Part shown: one piece after another, positions 46,431 through 59,868 of the stretch
How the letters are laid out: the number at the start of each line of letters is the position of its first letter
Numbering within the stretch: position 1 is the stretch's first letter
Assembly (NCBI RefSeq): GCF_035594765.1
Contig: NC_085841.1
Coordinates: 246,594,689 to 246,658,688, forward strand
Source of the DNA: Anolis carolinensis
Lineage: Eukaryota
Length of the DNA: 64,000 nt
Direction: 5' to 3'
Translations under genes and position numbers: made by a program
Notes under the pieces: generated by a model
Database searches by the model: none
What the model saw: the letters and a program-made list of their open reading frames with translations, nothing else
What the model was told of the DNA's origin: nothing

Positions 46431-47214
46431 GGTGATGGTAATAATGATCAATTACATTATTTATTTGTTTTTTAAAAACACACTCACATTTCTATTGACC
46501 TAAAGAAATCAGTTGCATGAGGCTAGATATTGTACATTGTGTACAAGCATGCACTGGGCATAACAATACATCTTGTGACATATGGTGTTTTGGGTCAGTT
46601 GTGAAACTTTATCATTCAACAAAAGGATTGTATAGCATATTAACAAAAGTTAATAGAAATTTTTGCTTGTGAGATTTACACCTGGATCTGAGTAATTGTT
46701 TTGTTGGCCACTGTTGGGGGGTGGGTGGGAGGGAGATTTGTTCATCAGATTTCCCAAGACAATATGGAACAGATGAAATCATTCTGGAACAACAGAGTAT
46801 AACATTTTTTCATCCCACTTAAAAAACAACTTAGGTAAAACAATTCCACCAAACAACCTTAAAATTAGTTTTAAGTAGACATGGAAAGTAATATTGTCTT
46901 GAGTACATACTAGAAGCTCAGTAAGGGATGAAGCTAGCCTAACTTCCCTTAGAAAGCGATTCTACAATTGGATTGCTGTTCCAGAGAAATTCCTATCTCA
47001 ATACCAATGTAGCCTCTCAGGAAAAGAGGAAATATAACAAGGTGTCAGTTTCCCAGCAAGGTCATTTTAGGGCAGCCAATGTTTTAGATTCCCTGAAGCC
47101 ATTTAGGGTTCTGTAGGTCAAAAATAGGATATTAAATTGGTTTTGGAATATACAGGAAGCTGGTGCAACGAATATGAGAGCTGAGAAATGTAGAGTCTAA
47201 AAATTGCAGCACAC

Positions 47215-47392
47215 AACAGTCTGATTGCCGCACCTGTTGCTGCCACCACAGCATTTGCCAGTTCCCCTATAGTTTTGCGATGGAGCCCCGCTGGAAGTAG
47301 TTTTATGTCATGTGATGGGAGCCATTAGGCTCTGTCGCAAAACTATAGAGGAACCAGATATGCCACCAAAAGTTACCCTGTCTGATGAGGTC
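47215..47392. mobile_element. Foldback MITE remnant
   Basis: Inverted repeat 47261-47287 vs 47328-47354; ends TCTGATGAGG, like the element at 29930-30279. Confidence 0.55.
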
Positions 47393-48523
47393 ATAAGGCT
47401 CTAGAATTTGTCTTTCCCCTTAATTTTGCAACAAAGCCTGGGGGACTCTCATGGAGTTCCAGAAATTACATTACAACATTTGGCTCGATGAGAGCAACAG
47501 TAAGAGTGAGAGGCAACAAACAATGCTTTCTGTGTATTAGAAACAGAAAGTTGCATGTAAAAATTTTCTTGGAACTTCTTGGTTAGTATCCCCCCTCCCC
47601 CAGCCATGTTCAATATGCTAGAGAAATCCTTGGCTCAACAGTTGCTTATTATTTAAAAGCGTATTTCTGAAGTACCAAGGTCTTCCTCCCCTCTCATCCC
47701 ATCATCCTTGCCTTTGAAGGTTTTGTGACTGATTGAACTGAATATTTCTACCAACTGCATCAAACAAGCAAAAAGAAGATCTGAAGGACTCTCTATTTTA
47801 TGCCAGTGCAGACTTCCTCTGTTTTTCAGTTCTAGACACAAATTTGGGCTCAGACATACTGCTGTTTGTGCTGAGCTGAATTCTTCTTCCTAAAAATATC
47901 AGGAAATATCCGGGTGCATATGTAATTTACCATCATATATGGTAATATTTCAAAAGTACGAAAAGGAAATAGTATATGTATAAAGTAACAAAATGAAAAA
48001 AAATCACTGTGCTCTGTAGAGAATATTTTCATTACAGAGAATATCTTTGAAAAAGCTGGGGGAAGTAATACTTTCTGCCTGAGAATCAATACAAAATACA
48101 TGTAACACTTTAATATCCTACTTTTCATGCAGAGATTTCCTAATCTGGATGAGATTAATCATGCACAACATGAAACGAAGATGGGCTCTGGTTAAATACA
48201 TTCTGGTGTTTTCTACAAAAGTTGCTTTATTCGTAAATGTTAGAAATACCAGAAATAAGCTTCAAAAAAACCCTGAGACAATTCAGAGACTATTACAACA
48301 TAACAAAAATATGTACTGAAGAAAGGGTCTAAGACAAAAAAACAAACAGTTCATAAATTGATGAGTAATATCTATATTCTACATGTTATATTTTTGAAAG
48401 AGTAATATTGGCCCACATTACTGTTCCTGTTCTATACAGATGTTCTCTGAAATAGGTTCTATTGATTTTAAATTAGATAATTTTCTAACTTAATCTGATT
48501 TTTCTCACTTTTCAACGTAATTG

Positions 48524-49280
48524 CTTTTCAACATCTACATGAAATCACTGGGCGAAGTCATCTGGAGTTTTGGAGTTCAGTGCCACCTCTATGCAGATGA
48601 CACTCAACTACTACTACTCTTTTCCATCAAACTCCAAGGAAGCCCCTCAGGTCCTAGACCAGTGTCTGGCCGCTGTGATGGGCTGGATGAGGGCTAACAA
48701 GCTGAAACTTAATCCTGACAAGACAGAGGTCCTTCGGGTCAGTCATTCAGCCAATCGGAGTATAGGGTGGCAACCTGTGCTCAATAGGGTTACACTCCCC
48801 CTGAGGACACAGGTCCGCAGTCTGGGGGTCCTTCTAGACTCAGCTCTGACTCTTGAAGCTCAGGTATCGGCAATGGCTAGGAGGGCCTTTGCATGAGTAA
48901 AGCTTGTGCACCAGCTGCGACCGTACCTCGTGAAGTCTGATTTGACCATGGTGGTCCATGCCTTACCTCCAGGTTGGACTACTGCAGCCCTCTACATGGG
49001 GCAACCTTTGAAGACAGCCTAGAAACTGCAGTTAGTGCAAAGGGTGGCTGCCAGGCTGTTAACTGGAGCAGATTACAGGGAGCAATTGACCCCCTTGTTC
49101 AAACAGTTCCACTGGCTGCCAATAAGTTTCTAGTCCCAAATCAAGGTGCAGGTTATCACCTATAAAGATTTAAACAGTTCAGGACCTGCCTATCTTCGTG
49201 ACCGCATCTTCCCTTACAGATCTGCATAGTCTCTAAGATCCTCTGAGGAAGCTCTTCTCTCACTTCCACCCCTGTCACAG
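48524..49280 (+). mobile_element. L2 LINE RT fragment, frameshifted
   Basis: [26 protein letters not shown]; [17 protein letters not shown]. Confidence 0.93.
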
Positions 49281-49962
49281 GACACATTCTGCTCCCAATA
49301 TCCATGTTGAATATTTGTTTCTGTGTAAGGGGAAGAAATAACCTATGTGTTGCTGTTCCAGATTAATAGAACATAGCAGAATCTTCTGCACATCACCTGA
49401 TAATAGATAATATTGTGAATCCAGTTGATAGTGTAGAATTAAATAAAAACATTAAGAATTTTCCACATTGATATGCCAGATGAGTCTGGCAGGAAACCAG
49501 GCTATAGAAAAGGCAAATAGTTCCCATTAGACAATTAATTAACCAAAGAAAACTTAGTAAAGATCCTTTCCATTGCTACTTCTAGTTATAGGCTAATATC
49601 TTGATTTTGTTTTGAAATCTGAAAATATTTCACCATGGGAAATACCGTAATAACCTAGAGGGGAAAATATGCCTTCAAAATCACGAGAATGACAAACTGC
49701 TTATGCAGCCTATTGTGAAGCCTTTGACGCACGTAGCTGAAGAAACTGCAGAGAAAAAGGAACTGGTCCATAGATTTCCCAGTGAAAATACTATATCCAC
49801 TTGCAGGCATGGAAATAGAAATGAAAATAGAATTCCTCCAGCAGTGTTTTGCATATCACAAGATTTGCTACATTGCAAGATCTGTTATCGAAGTATATGT
49901 ATATGCTTTTCTTTCAATGTATATGCTTTTCTTTCATTGTTCACTGTGATGTACTTCTTGGG

Positions 49963-50660
49963 TTTGTTGTTATCCACCATCGAGTCAACTTCTATTTATA
50001 GTGGTCCTTTGAATGACAGATATTCAAGTCACTTTTGCATCAATAGCTGCTTAGCTGTGTCTATCCATCTACAATGTGGTCTTCCTCTTTTCCTATCACT
50101 TTCAATTTTGTCAAGAATTATTACTGTTTCTAGTGAGTGATGTCTTCTTATGATAAGACCAAAGAACGACAGTCTCATAGTCATTATGGCTTCTAGGGAG
50201 ACTTCAAGCTTGATTTTCTATTTGTCCTTTTGTCAGTCCAGGATATCAGCAATACTCTCCCCCAGCACCATACTCTCACCATAAAGTGAACTTATTCTCT
50301 TCCTATTAGTCTTCTTCACCAGCCAGCTTACACAACCATACATTGGAATTGGAAATACAATAGCATGAACAGTCCTGACTATTCAATATTATATCTTTAA
50401 CTTCAGGAACTTATCTAGTTCTTTCATACCTGTCCATATAGATCCCAGTCTTCTTTTGATTTCTAGACTGTAATCTCCATTCTGATTAATGACTGAGGTA
50501 AGATATAGGAAATCTTGGATTATCTCTAATTGTTCATTGTCTACCTTAAAGTTATGTATTTAAAGTTATTTTTTGTTTTCTTCATGTTCAGCTGTAAATC
50601 TGCATTTCCACTTTCTTCTTTGACTTGCTCCATAGTTGTTCCAAGTAAATTTTGCTAACA
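49963..50660 (-). mobile_element. Old RTE/BovB-type LINE fragment
   Basis: Recognisable reverse-complement BovB-like segments (TCTCCCCCAGCACCATA..TCTTCTTCACCAGCCAGCTTACACAACCATACAT). Confidence 0.65.
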
Positions 50661-53293
50661 TAGTGTAGTCTTTTTTCTTTTTTTCACAAGGCAAGACTGT
50701 TTTGTAGTGTTTCCTACTGCTGCATGGTTTTGCATAGATAAAAAGCTTTGAAAATAAAACTACGTATCCCTATTGAAGAATAAATGGAATGGCCTTTTAA
50801 TTGCAAAATGCTTCTTTATTTCTAAAACATTTGTATGGATGGTGCTTTGGTACTTTGAAAACCTGAAAATCCAAAGGGCACAGCTCCAAACCTCTAAGAC
50901 AGTGAAGATCTATCTTACAAGATTATGATTTATTGAAGATCTGCAATTCTCACAGAAAACAAGGGGGGCATGTATGAAGACAGGGAATATACAGATTGAG
51001 AGGAGTTACATTCCTGTGGCTGCGGTGAACTAAATGTGCTTTCTGCTTCCTCAAAATGCTCTCAATAAGTCTAGGGGCAGTTCCGAATATAACTTTTATG
51101 TGTGCCCAATCAGGTTTTAAAAAATGATTGGGCAACATTACAGTTCACACATCACACACGAACACCACAATTTCCTGGGAGAGGGTGTCCAGACACAAAA
51201 GAACACCCCATGAAAAGTCTTAAAAAGAAAAAAACTTATCAGGCCAGCATTTTCCTGCTGCTGGCCCTCTCCTGGCGCATAGAAATGGCAGCAGGGAAAT
51301 GCCGACCAGATAAGTTTTTTTCTTTTTAAGGCTTTTCTTTGAGGTTTTGGGGAGGGGATTAGAGCTCTCTGAGTTTTCTGGGCTGATTCAGCCTGGAATA
51401 CATGGAGGGCTGTGCAAACTTCTCTCTCAGAAGTCCCAGAACTTTCAAGGGGGCAATCCAGAGAGTGGCCATAGTGGGTTAGACCTGGGTCTTTCAAGAA
51501 GACCCAGATCTAATCCACTATCAAATTACTTTGGGACAAAGCAGAGTTTTTCTACTTTGTCCCAAAGGAATTCATTTTTATGTGGGGTGTCATTTGGATG
51601 CCTCACATGAAAACACGGGAGCTTGCAAATTTTGCGAGTTGTCTGGGTGCGCCCTGGGTGCCATAAAAAGAGGGGTTATGCAAGCATACTCCAAGATGGG
51701 TTTGCAACAGCAAAAGCTATCCTATTATAAGAGCCTCATGTGACAAGGTTTTTATTCTGGCTCCTCGGCAAAAGCCTGTCTGGTATGGAATAACCTACCA
51801 AGAGCACTGCTGACTCCAACATAGCCTCTTACCTCAAAGAAACATGCAGCCCTACTACTCCTGAAAAGTAATGTCATGGTAGGACCTCTTGGTTAGATTA
51901 TTTCTAATGAAGGGAACAGGAACTAAAGAGTTGGAAATCAACCACTAATTAAACCCTAAAGTTTTGAACTGGCTACCTGAAACCTCTGGTTTATTCTTTC
52001 TTTACAATACTATTTTCCATCAAAAAAATTTCTCACATTTCCATAATTAATCTTACTTTCACTGAGTTTTAACACAGCCAAGCTTTTTTGTCCTTTCTTA
52101 ATATTTGTTCACTCCCACTTTAATAATATATGAGAGATTCTATATATGCATACACGTGAAAAGACACAGCATTAGCAATGTTCTCAAGGCAGGATGAGGG
52201 GTATTTTGGAAACATAAAACTTTCATAGACAGCAGATTAGGTAATTGTGTGTGAGAGAGAGGCAGGGAGCATTACAGGGAGAAAAACCAAGAGCCAAACT
52301 AACATATTGCACTGCCAATTTCTTCTCTGCAGTCCTGACAGTTCCCCATATACATGTGCTAAATGGCTGCCAAATTATTGAATGGAACAGATGTTAAACC
52401 TGGCATCCTTTCCTGGTAAGTAAGGAATTTCTAGATAAACTTTACTCCCACCTGGGCTGGCTGTGCTTAATGAGCACATCAGAAAAGCAGTGAAGAATGA
52501 CTTTCCAAATTAAACTTTTTTTCTCCCATGTTTTAAAATCCATAGCTATCTCTCTTACATTCTTAGAATGTTTCTGACAAAAGACCACTAGCACGAGACA
52601 AATCATTTGATGCTTCCTCCACCATAGGAATGCCCACCTTGGGCTTTTCCATACATTTTAATCACTTTTTCTTGCAGTAGATACATTAGTATGATTTTGA
52701 AATTACCTATAGTATCAAACAGGAATGTTCTCTTAGGGAGGAATAGTTATTTTAGAGAGGAAGATTTTCAATTCCCACAAAGACAATTTACAAAGAATTC
52801 TGGTACCTATATGCAGCATTCTATCCCTGTGAGATGTTCCTAGAGAAAGTGCCAACTAAACTCTGCTCCATTTTTTAAAATGGAATTGCTATCTTTTGAT
52901 CAAATGAAATGATATTGCTGGTAATCTACCATCTCAAGATGAATAAGGAGGAGGAGAGCATGACCTGTGGGTGCAGCAGAGAAAAATACAATGCACTTTA
53001 CTTTATGATTATGAGAATTTGCTTATTTCTTCTTGGTTTAACAGTTTACCAAATATTATTGGGAAATTCTAGGCCATCAATGATCCAGATTCTATCCAAG
53101 AATCTAGGAGAGGATCGACATTGACCTGCAATCTTGCATTTGATCTGGCATAGCAGGTACCCTCCTGGCTGCTGTGGAGGTGGAAAAGAGACCTGATCAG
53201 ACACTCTTATTATCCCCTCCCATCCTCTGTGGTGCAGGAGTCTCCAGCCACAACATGGTAGTAACTTAGCAACTGATCAGCTATCACCTGGAG

Positions 53294-53583
53294 CAGACAT
53301 GTAGCTGGGGGGGGGGGGGGGGGGGCTTGAGGGGCTTCAGCCCCCCCCCCCCTAAATTCCCAGGGTGGTCTGCGAAAAGGCCTTATATTTATTATTTAAA
53401 CTGTTATGTTTATTCATATCATGATCTGATCACCATGCTCAATATATCCCATATGCATGGGGGTATTGGGATAACGATACAAAAGGTTTGCTAGGGTAGA
53501 GCCTCTCTCACTCAGACTCAACCCCCCCCCCCCCGAACCAAAGTCCCAGCCCCTCCCAAACCAAAATCCTGGCTACGGGCCTG
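53294..53583. mobile_element. hAT-type MITE with poly-G/poly-C tracts
   Basis: CAGACATGTAGC / GCTACGGGCCTG termini; exact 8-bp TSD ACCTGGAG at 53286-53293 and 53584-53591. Confidence 0.9.
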
Positions 53584-54104
53584 ACCTGGAGTGATGACAG
53601 GGCAATGAGAGTGGGATGAGAAAAGGAATTGCCTCTTCCTCTCCCTCTCCCTCTCCCTCTCCCTCTCCTTTCCCTGATCATCCAGTCATTCTCACTGACA
53701 TCACTCCAGAAGATGGACAACCGGTAGGACCTATGTCATAGCTGAACGCTGCTGTGACATGGAGAACAAGAGGGAATAGTAAATGCTTTCGCATGACCCT
53801 GGGCTACTTGAACTCAAAAAACACAGAAAGAACAGTGAAAACAGTTGCATCCCATTCCAACTTGGAACTACTCTAACTATTTAGATGAACCCAAAGTTGG
53901 AGAATACTTTGAATTCTGGGTCAGGATTCAGACTATCCCCTAACTTTGGTTAATGTGGATCAAATCTACATTGTGATGGCCATTGCAATGGATCAGTTTA
54001 GATGTGTCCTAAAAATCAGTGAGGTATGATCAGATAATGTGGCATGTTTAAAATATTGCCACTTTTTGGAATTGTGCTTATGTCTGGAATTATTTTGAAC
54101 AGAA

Positions 54105-54515
54105 CCATAAAATCATAGATCAGGAATTGACCATAAAGACCATCCAGTCCAACCCCCTGCCATGCAGAAATACACAGTCAAAGTATTCTGATATATGGCC
54201 AACCAGACCCTGTTTAAAACCTCCAGAGAAGGAGACACTTCCACCCTTCAAGGCAGTGTATTCCATTGTCAAATAGCTTTTCCTAACAGGAAGATGGTGG
54301 TTTGAATCCATTGCTCCATGTCCTGCTCTCTGGATCAGCAAAAAAACAAGATTGCTCCATCTTAAACATAATAACCTTTTAAATATTTAATATGATTATT
54401 ATGTCATTTCTTAACTCCCTTTTCTCAATCTCTCTAAACTACTCTTCACAGGACTTGGTTTCCAAATATTTTATCATTTTGATCCCCATGCTCTGGACAT
54501 GTTCCAGCTTATCCA
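54105..54515 (-). mobile_element. Old CR1 3' fragment
   Basis: CATCCAGTCCAACCCCCTGCCATGCAG tail region and degenerate ORF2 end. Confidence 0.75.
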
Positions 54516-57237
54516 ACTTCCAGTCATTTTTTCCCTTAGAGATATTGAACCTCCATTTGTATGTGTTGATATTTCACAATAGTTCTCTCTCTATTTTCCA
54601 GTGATTGCCAAACCCCATTATTCCCTTGTCAGCAATTGTATTCATTCTGTCCCCTTTCCCCAAAAACAAGGAGTCAAGACGAAGATCAGGCATCCAGGTG
54701 ATGGAAACCTCTATTAGATAGATGGCTTAGGTGTTGTGGAGATGAAGTTGTTGATCTTGGAATGAATTCTAAAACATGGCCATAGTAGTTCTTTGGTCTC
54801 CACCCATTTGTCACCTTCACCATAAAGAACTAATGAGGATGTGCTCTATTGATAAAAGAAATGGGCAGTTAGAAAAACAAAGATAAATGGCTGTAAGCCT
54901 GAGCATAGGTAGTTTGCTTAAATCCTATTGACTTCTGTGGGATTTATGCAGCCTCACTGAGCAAGGAACTGTAGCTAATATGTACAGAAGTCAGCAGAGA
55001 GAGAAAAGGTAGACAGGAGGAGGGGAGAAAAAGAGAGCAAGATGTACACAAGCATACTTTAAATGAAAGGAAGTAATAAGCCACCTGGACGTAAGAGTAA
55101 GACATCATCATTTTTCTTCATATATTTCCCCCAATATTTCATCTGCAATCAGGAGGAGAGAAATCAACTTTTAAAGATTAAATCTGATCACTTTACAATT
55201 TGAAAGTGTGCAGTTTGCAGAATATGAGCTTCTCAGTACACAAACCAATTTTTCATGTCTTTTTCTTTAACACAGTCTGTTCCTGACAACTGCTTTTCTC
55301 TGACTGTGAAAAGAGGGTGTGGGGAGAATTGTTTCCAACATTGGATTTCATTGGCCTTTAACCATCTTCCTTTGTTACTCAGAGCAAATCTTCTTCACCA
55401 TTGCTTGCAGCATTTTTGCAAAGGACAGAGTAAACTGTCAATTTCATTTTCTCTCTCCTGCCCCCCCTTTGCTGTCCTCTCAGTCGTACGTTCCATTCAT
55501 TCTGCTTATGCTTCATTTCGCAATTCTTTTAAAAAATACTTTTAAAATACTCTGTATGAGTTTTTAAGATATGTTTCCCACTAGAGAATTTCCTTTATGC
55601 AATTTTCCTTCATAGGCACATTTTTGACAGCGATTTCCTCTAAGACAATGCATTTTGGATGTTAACTGTTACATAAATACACATATTCACTCAAAATGTG
55701 TGCTTTTAAAATAATTTTGCTTGATTGTTAAACTGTTTTGCAAAACCTAGAAAGGTGTGAATACCACAGGCTTATTGTGTTTCAGTACTGCTTTTGGTTT
55801 GGAAAGTGAAAATTAATTAGGATCACATGAAGACGTAAACTGAACACATTTTGTCACCATCTTTAATCTTTGCAGTTGCAGAACAGAAAGACATTAGCTG
55901 AGGTGTTTGGTTGGTGGTATGGAAACTGTCAAGCATTTAGTGATATGCTGTTGAAGCACTCCAATCTATTAATCCCCCCCCCTTTATTAATTAAGAATGA
56001 AAAAGTTTGAAAGGCACCTTATGTGTCAGAATTGGGTGCAAAGACTCTGAGGTCTTAGTTGGACTGTATGCAACTTTTGTTCTCCAGTGTTGAAGAGAAA
56101 TCTAAACACAGCAGCTGGCGAGAGCCTTCTGTGGAACTCCACAGCCTTTGGGTTGGGGCCAATATTTGCTAGAGTTCTATCTAATTAGTGGAGCTTATGT
56201 AAAATATGAACACAGTTGTGTAACAATCCCAGAGCACTGTGAACATTGCCCAATTAGCAGCCTTTACAAATCATCTGCATTTTAGATTTATGAAGTTATG
56301 AGCCCGCTTGTATTTGAGCGGGTTTTCTGTCCTCCTTTTCCCTCATTCTCTTTGAAATAAACCCCTTAAAGCTTGAGTAAAGAAAGAACGCAAAGCCAGA
56401 AAAGCCCTGATAAGACTTCATACAATTTATCACATACATTATGCAGGAATTAATTTCTGGCGCTATCAACCGCAGCATACCACAATAGGTTCAGGTACCA
56501 TTTTAAAATGATAATGATAGCAACATTATATTATAGCTTCACAAAACTGCTTTGTTGCTGCTGCAGCAGCTATTGTTGGTTTTGTTGTTTCCATCTGTAC
56601 CCTGGTCTTTCTACATTGCTTTCTGCCATAGTTAACTGATATGCAAGTTGGGACGTGTAATTTGGTTGCCTTCCAGAATCTCCTTATCTATTAAAATACT
56701 GAGAGCTCAGGTGTTTTGTGAATGGTGTGTAAATACAGGTGAAATTACATATAATATTTATTTGTACTTAGAAAACCTAAACACAGCTGTTGAATAGAAC
56801 ATGCTATTCAAATGATGATCCATGGAATGGTGCCAATCTCTTAGCCATCGGCTGCTTGTTCTTAGTGGATTTAAGGAGAAAAAAATGTAACCAATCCAGG
56901 TCTTTGGCTCAATGGGAAATAATGCTGCCCCCCCCCCCCCCATCTGACTGCCTAAGAAGAGAAGCACTGATGTAAAAGATAAAGCAAGCAAAAGTCAAAG
57001 CAATGGAGATAATTACAATGAAAGAGAATGGTCTGTAACAGTCTTATCTACAATTCCTTTTCAAAAAAGGAATTTTCATCAGGACTGAATTGCATGGGGA
57101 AGTTACAAGTTCTTTGCTGGCATTCCTCTTCCCCAATGACAGTCCTATGTTTTGAGTATTGTCATTAGAAAAAAAGGTACCCAAGCAATAACACAAGAGA
57201 GCTTTGCATGTATTGTGGGAGACAAGTGGATATGAAG

Positions 57238-58264
57238 TGGGACTGTACACAGATCCGTTTTTCAAAATGGGTTCCGGATGATTCGGCATTTTTGACCGCC
57301 AGATCAGCTGTAATGGCATAGGCAGCACAGTCCTATTTCATATTCATATTCATAATTTTCGGCCACAACAAAACACACAGTTGCCAAAAACGGCTGCTTT
57401 CAGTTTCTTTTGGCTAGATGTTGAGCACGGAAAGGCAGTCATATGTGCGCGCTGGTTTCCCTGTGAGGCTGTGAGCCCTGCTGTTGTTGTATTATTGGAT
57501 TGTTGTATGCTGGTATTGAATGTTTGCCATGTGTAAACAACACTGAGTCCCCATGGGAGATAGAGCGGTATATAAACAAAGTTTTGTTGTTGTTATTGTT
57601 GTTGTTGTTGTTGTTGTTGTTGTTTCTGCCTGCCTGAGCCAATCAGAAGAAGAAGGCCATTCGCGCGCTAGTAGCTTCATGTTCTATCTCAGTGCCATCA
57701 CTGTTCTTAGGATTGCTTCACTTGCTTTTGGATTCCATTCCAATGTTTTCCTTTGGCAATTTAAATTGATTTTCTTATTTTAATATCTTTAACTCCTTTT
57801 TTACTATTTCATTAGGGAAATGAAGATGAGTGGGTGTTTGGGGTGGGCTGTGAAAGGGCATTTTGTGGGGGTGTTTGTTTACATATTGGCATGGTTTACT
57901 AAGGGAGAGGATAGCCTGACCCCCTTGAGTCACAGGGAGAATTCAATTCCTCCCCAGCCCTATCTTCTTGCACCTGCAATCCTCCTCCCAAATATATATA
58001 TTTTTAATTACAAATTTCCAAGTGTGGGCATTTCATCCCAATAGCCATCCATCAATGATGGAAAGGGGAGCCTTGGAAGTCCCTCCCCCCATTGCTGCCA
58101 AGAAGCCAAATCTTCTTGAAGTGAAAACAGATCTTCCAGCTGCTGAATCAAAAAGCAGCATCTTGGCCTCCTGAATCCAGGGAGCTCCCCCAAAAAATTG
58201 ATCACTTCCAGCGAAAAACCGGACACCCAAGCGGAACAGTATTTACCTGAAATGCACACCCCTA
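57238..58264. mobile_element. Old hAT-like non-autonomous element (boundaries approximate)
   Basis: Right end AATGCACACCCCTA resembles TAGGG.TGTGCA-type TIRs also seen at 15197 and 43010-43023; left end degenerate; no TSD found. Confidence 0.35.
57445..57622 (+). mobile_element. L2-tailed SINE 3' part with (GTT)n tail
   Basis: ATTGAATGTTTGCC..CTGAGTCCCC..GAGATAGAGCGGTATATAAA then (GTT)n; related to 39880-40107. Confidence 0.7.
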
Positions 58265-59147
58265 ATATGAAGGCCAACATCATTGATAGCACTGGAGACT
58301 GAAAAAACAAATGAATGGTCAAATTTGCTACCAAAAATGGAGTAACAGTGACCAATCTGGATAACCTTACAAGGGTTTATGAAGAGTGAGTTGATGGCCC
58401 AGTTCATAATTCTTCTGAACAATGTGAGGTGGACAAATTAAAATACCAAGACCTGACAGATAATGCTGAAATTTAACAACATAGCTGCGCCGTTCTGCAA
58501 AGTACTATTTCCTGAAACAATTTCTCAAAATTCTCAAAGTTAATCCCAATGGAGGAGCTACTATCATGTTGATCACATGTTAAGAATTGTTGCCAAAGTG
58601 ATAGTCACTATTCCTCTAAGTTATTTAATGGAAAGGGATCCAGAATGGTAAAGTGGTTCAATGTTCAACTACATAGTATCCCAGGGACAAGTTTTAATCT
58701 CTACTCAGCTGTGGAAACCAACCAGGTCATCTTAAATAAGATATTCTCCCTTGGCTTTAAACATAGATAATGGAAACTTGCTTTGAATACCATAGATCTT
58801 GCAAAGAAAAAACTTCTTAAGGCATTACCTGCTTTTCAACAACTTGTCTTCTGACATTCTGCTGTTTTGACAGATCTAAATTACTGCTATGTACTGTAGT
58901 TTCAACCCCAGTCTGCTTTTTTAAAAATATGGTCTGCGTTCCCTCCCTCTTTCAGTCTACTCAGTGCCACCTAAATCTGGGCTGTGCTTTTCAACCATTT
59001 TCACTTTATGACAGCATCCTAGTCTCTAACCTGTTAAATACGCAGAGGGTGCTTATATAAAGATGTTACCAGATGGAGTTGACTTGAAAGGCCAGCCTTC
59101 GTCCAAATATACAAATAAAATTGATACAAGGCCCAACTTGTAACATG

Positions 59148-59868
59148 CCTCTCACCTCTGCAGGAGTCTACCATATGCCATGCAGCTGTGGACAAGTCTA
59201 CATAGGGGCCACCAAACGCAGCATTGCCCAAACACGAATCTAGGAACATGAAAGGCACTGCAGACTAACCCAACCAGAGAAATCAGCCATAGCAGAGCAC
59301 TTGATGAACCAACCTGGACACAGTATATTATTTGAGAACACAGAAATGCTCAACCAGTCCAACAACTATCATGTCAGACTACACAGAGAAGCCATTGAAA
59401 TCCACAAGCATGTGGACAACATCAACAGAAAGGAGGAAACCATGAAAATGAACAAAATCTGGCTACCAGTATTTAAAAAACTCAAAAATCAGAACAGTAA
59501 ATAAGAAGCAACACTCTGAAAACAGAGGAGTTCCAGACATGAAACAATCAGGGGCAGCTAACGACTCTGAAGAAAGAATGCCCCAGGCAGGAAGAAGCCA
59601 GGATATGAAGCTATTCAATGCTAATTAAGATGATTAACTACAACATTCACACTGGCCTCCAACTGACAAGAGTTCTTCTCTCACCCTGGACTTTCCACAG
59701 ATATATAAACCTTCCTTGCTTAGTTTCTGCATACCTCACAACCTCTGAGGATGCCTGCCATAGATGTGGATGAAACGTCAGCAGAGAATACTTCTGGATC
59801 ATGGCCATACAGCCCGGAAAATATACAACAACCCTGTGATCCCGGCCATGAAAGCCTTCGACAACACA
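59148..59868 (+). mobile_element. Penelope-like retroelement 3' part: GIY-YIG endonuclease remnant plus pseudo-LTR
   Basis: AGVYH.PCSCGQVYIG.TKRSI.QTRI*EHERHC..SAIAEH..REAIEI is a GIY-YIG domain; followed by a pLTR with TATATAAA and a hammerhead core. Confidence 0.93.
59742..59785 (+). ncRNA. Minimal hammerhead ribozyme motif (Penelope type), stems partly decayed
   Basis: CTGAGGA at 59745-59751, stem II, GAAA at 59772-59775, then C-GTC cleavage triplet. Confidence 0.65.

Noticed and set aside
49703-50140. 145-aa ORF with a hydrophobic segment
   Set aside because: It spans unique DNA, a short tandem duplication and antisense RTE sequence; no domain or splice support
50703-50718. 16-nt match TGTAGTGTTTCCTACT to the 5' part of miR-142-3p
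   Set aside because: The match breaks after 16 nt and no complementary 5p arm lies upstream, so no precursor hairpin can form; treated as coincidence
58211-58290. Apparent minus-strand exon (TTTTTTCAG acceptor, CAG|GTAAAT donor)
   Set aside because: The donor overlaps a TAGGGGTGTGCA hAT-type terminal repeat and there is no recognisable coding homology
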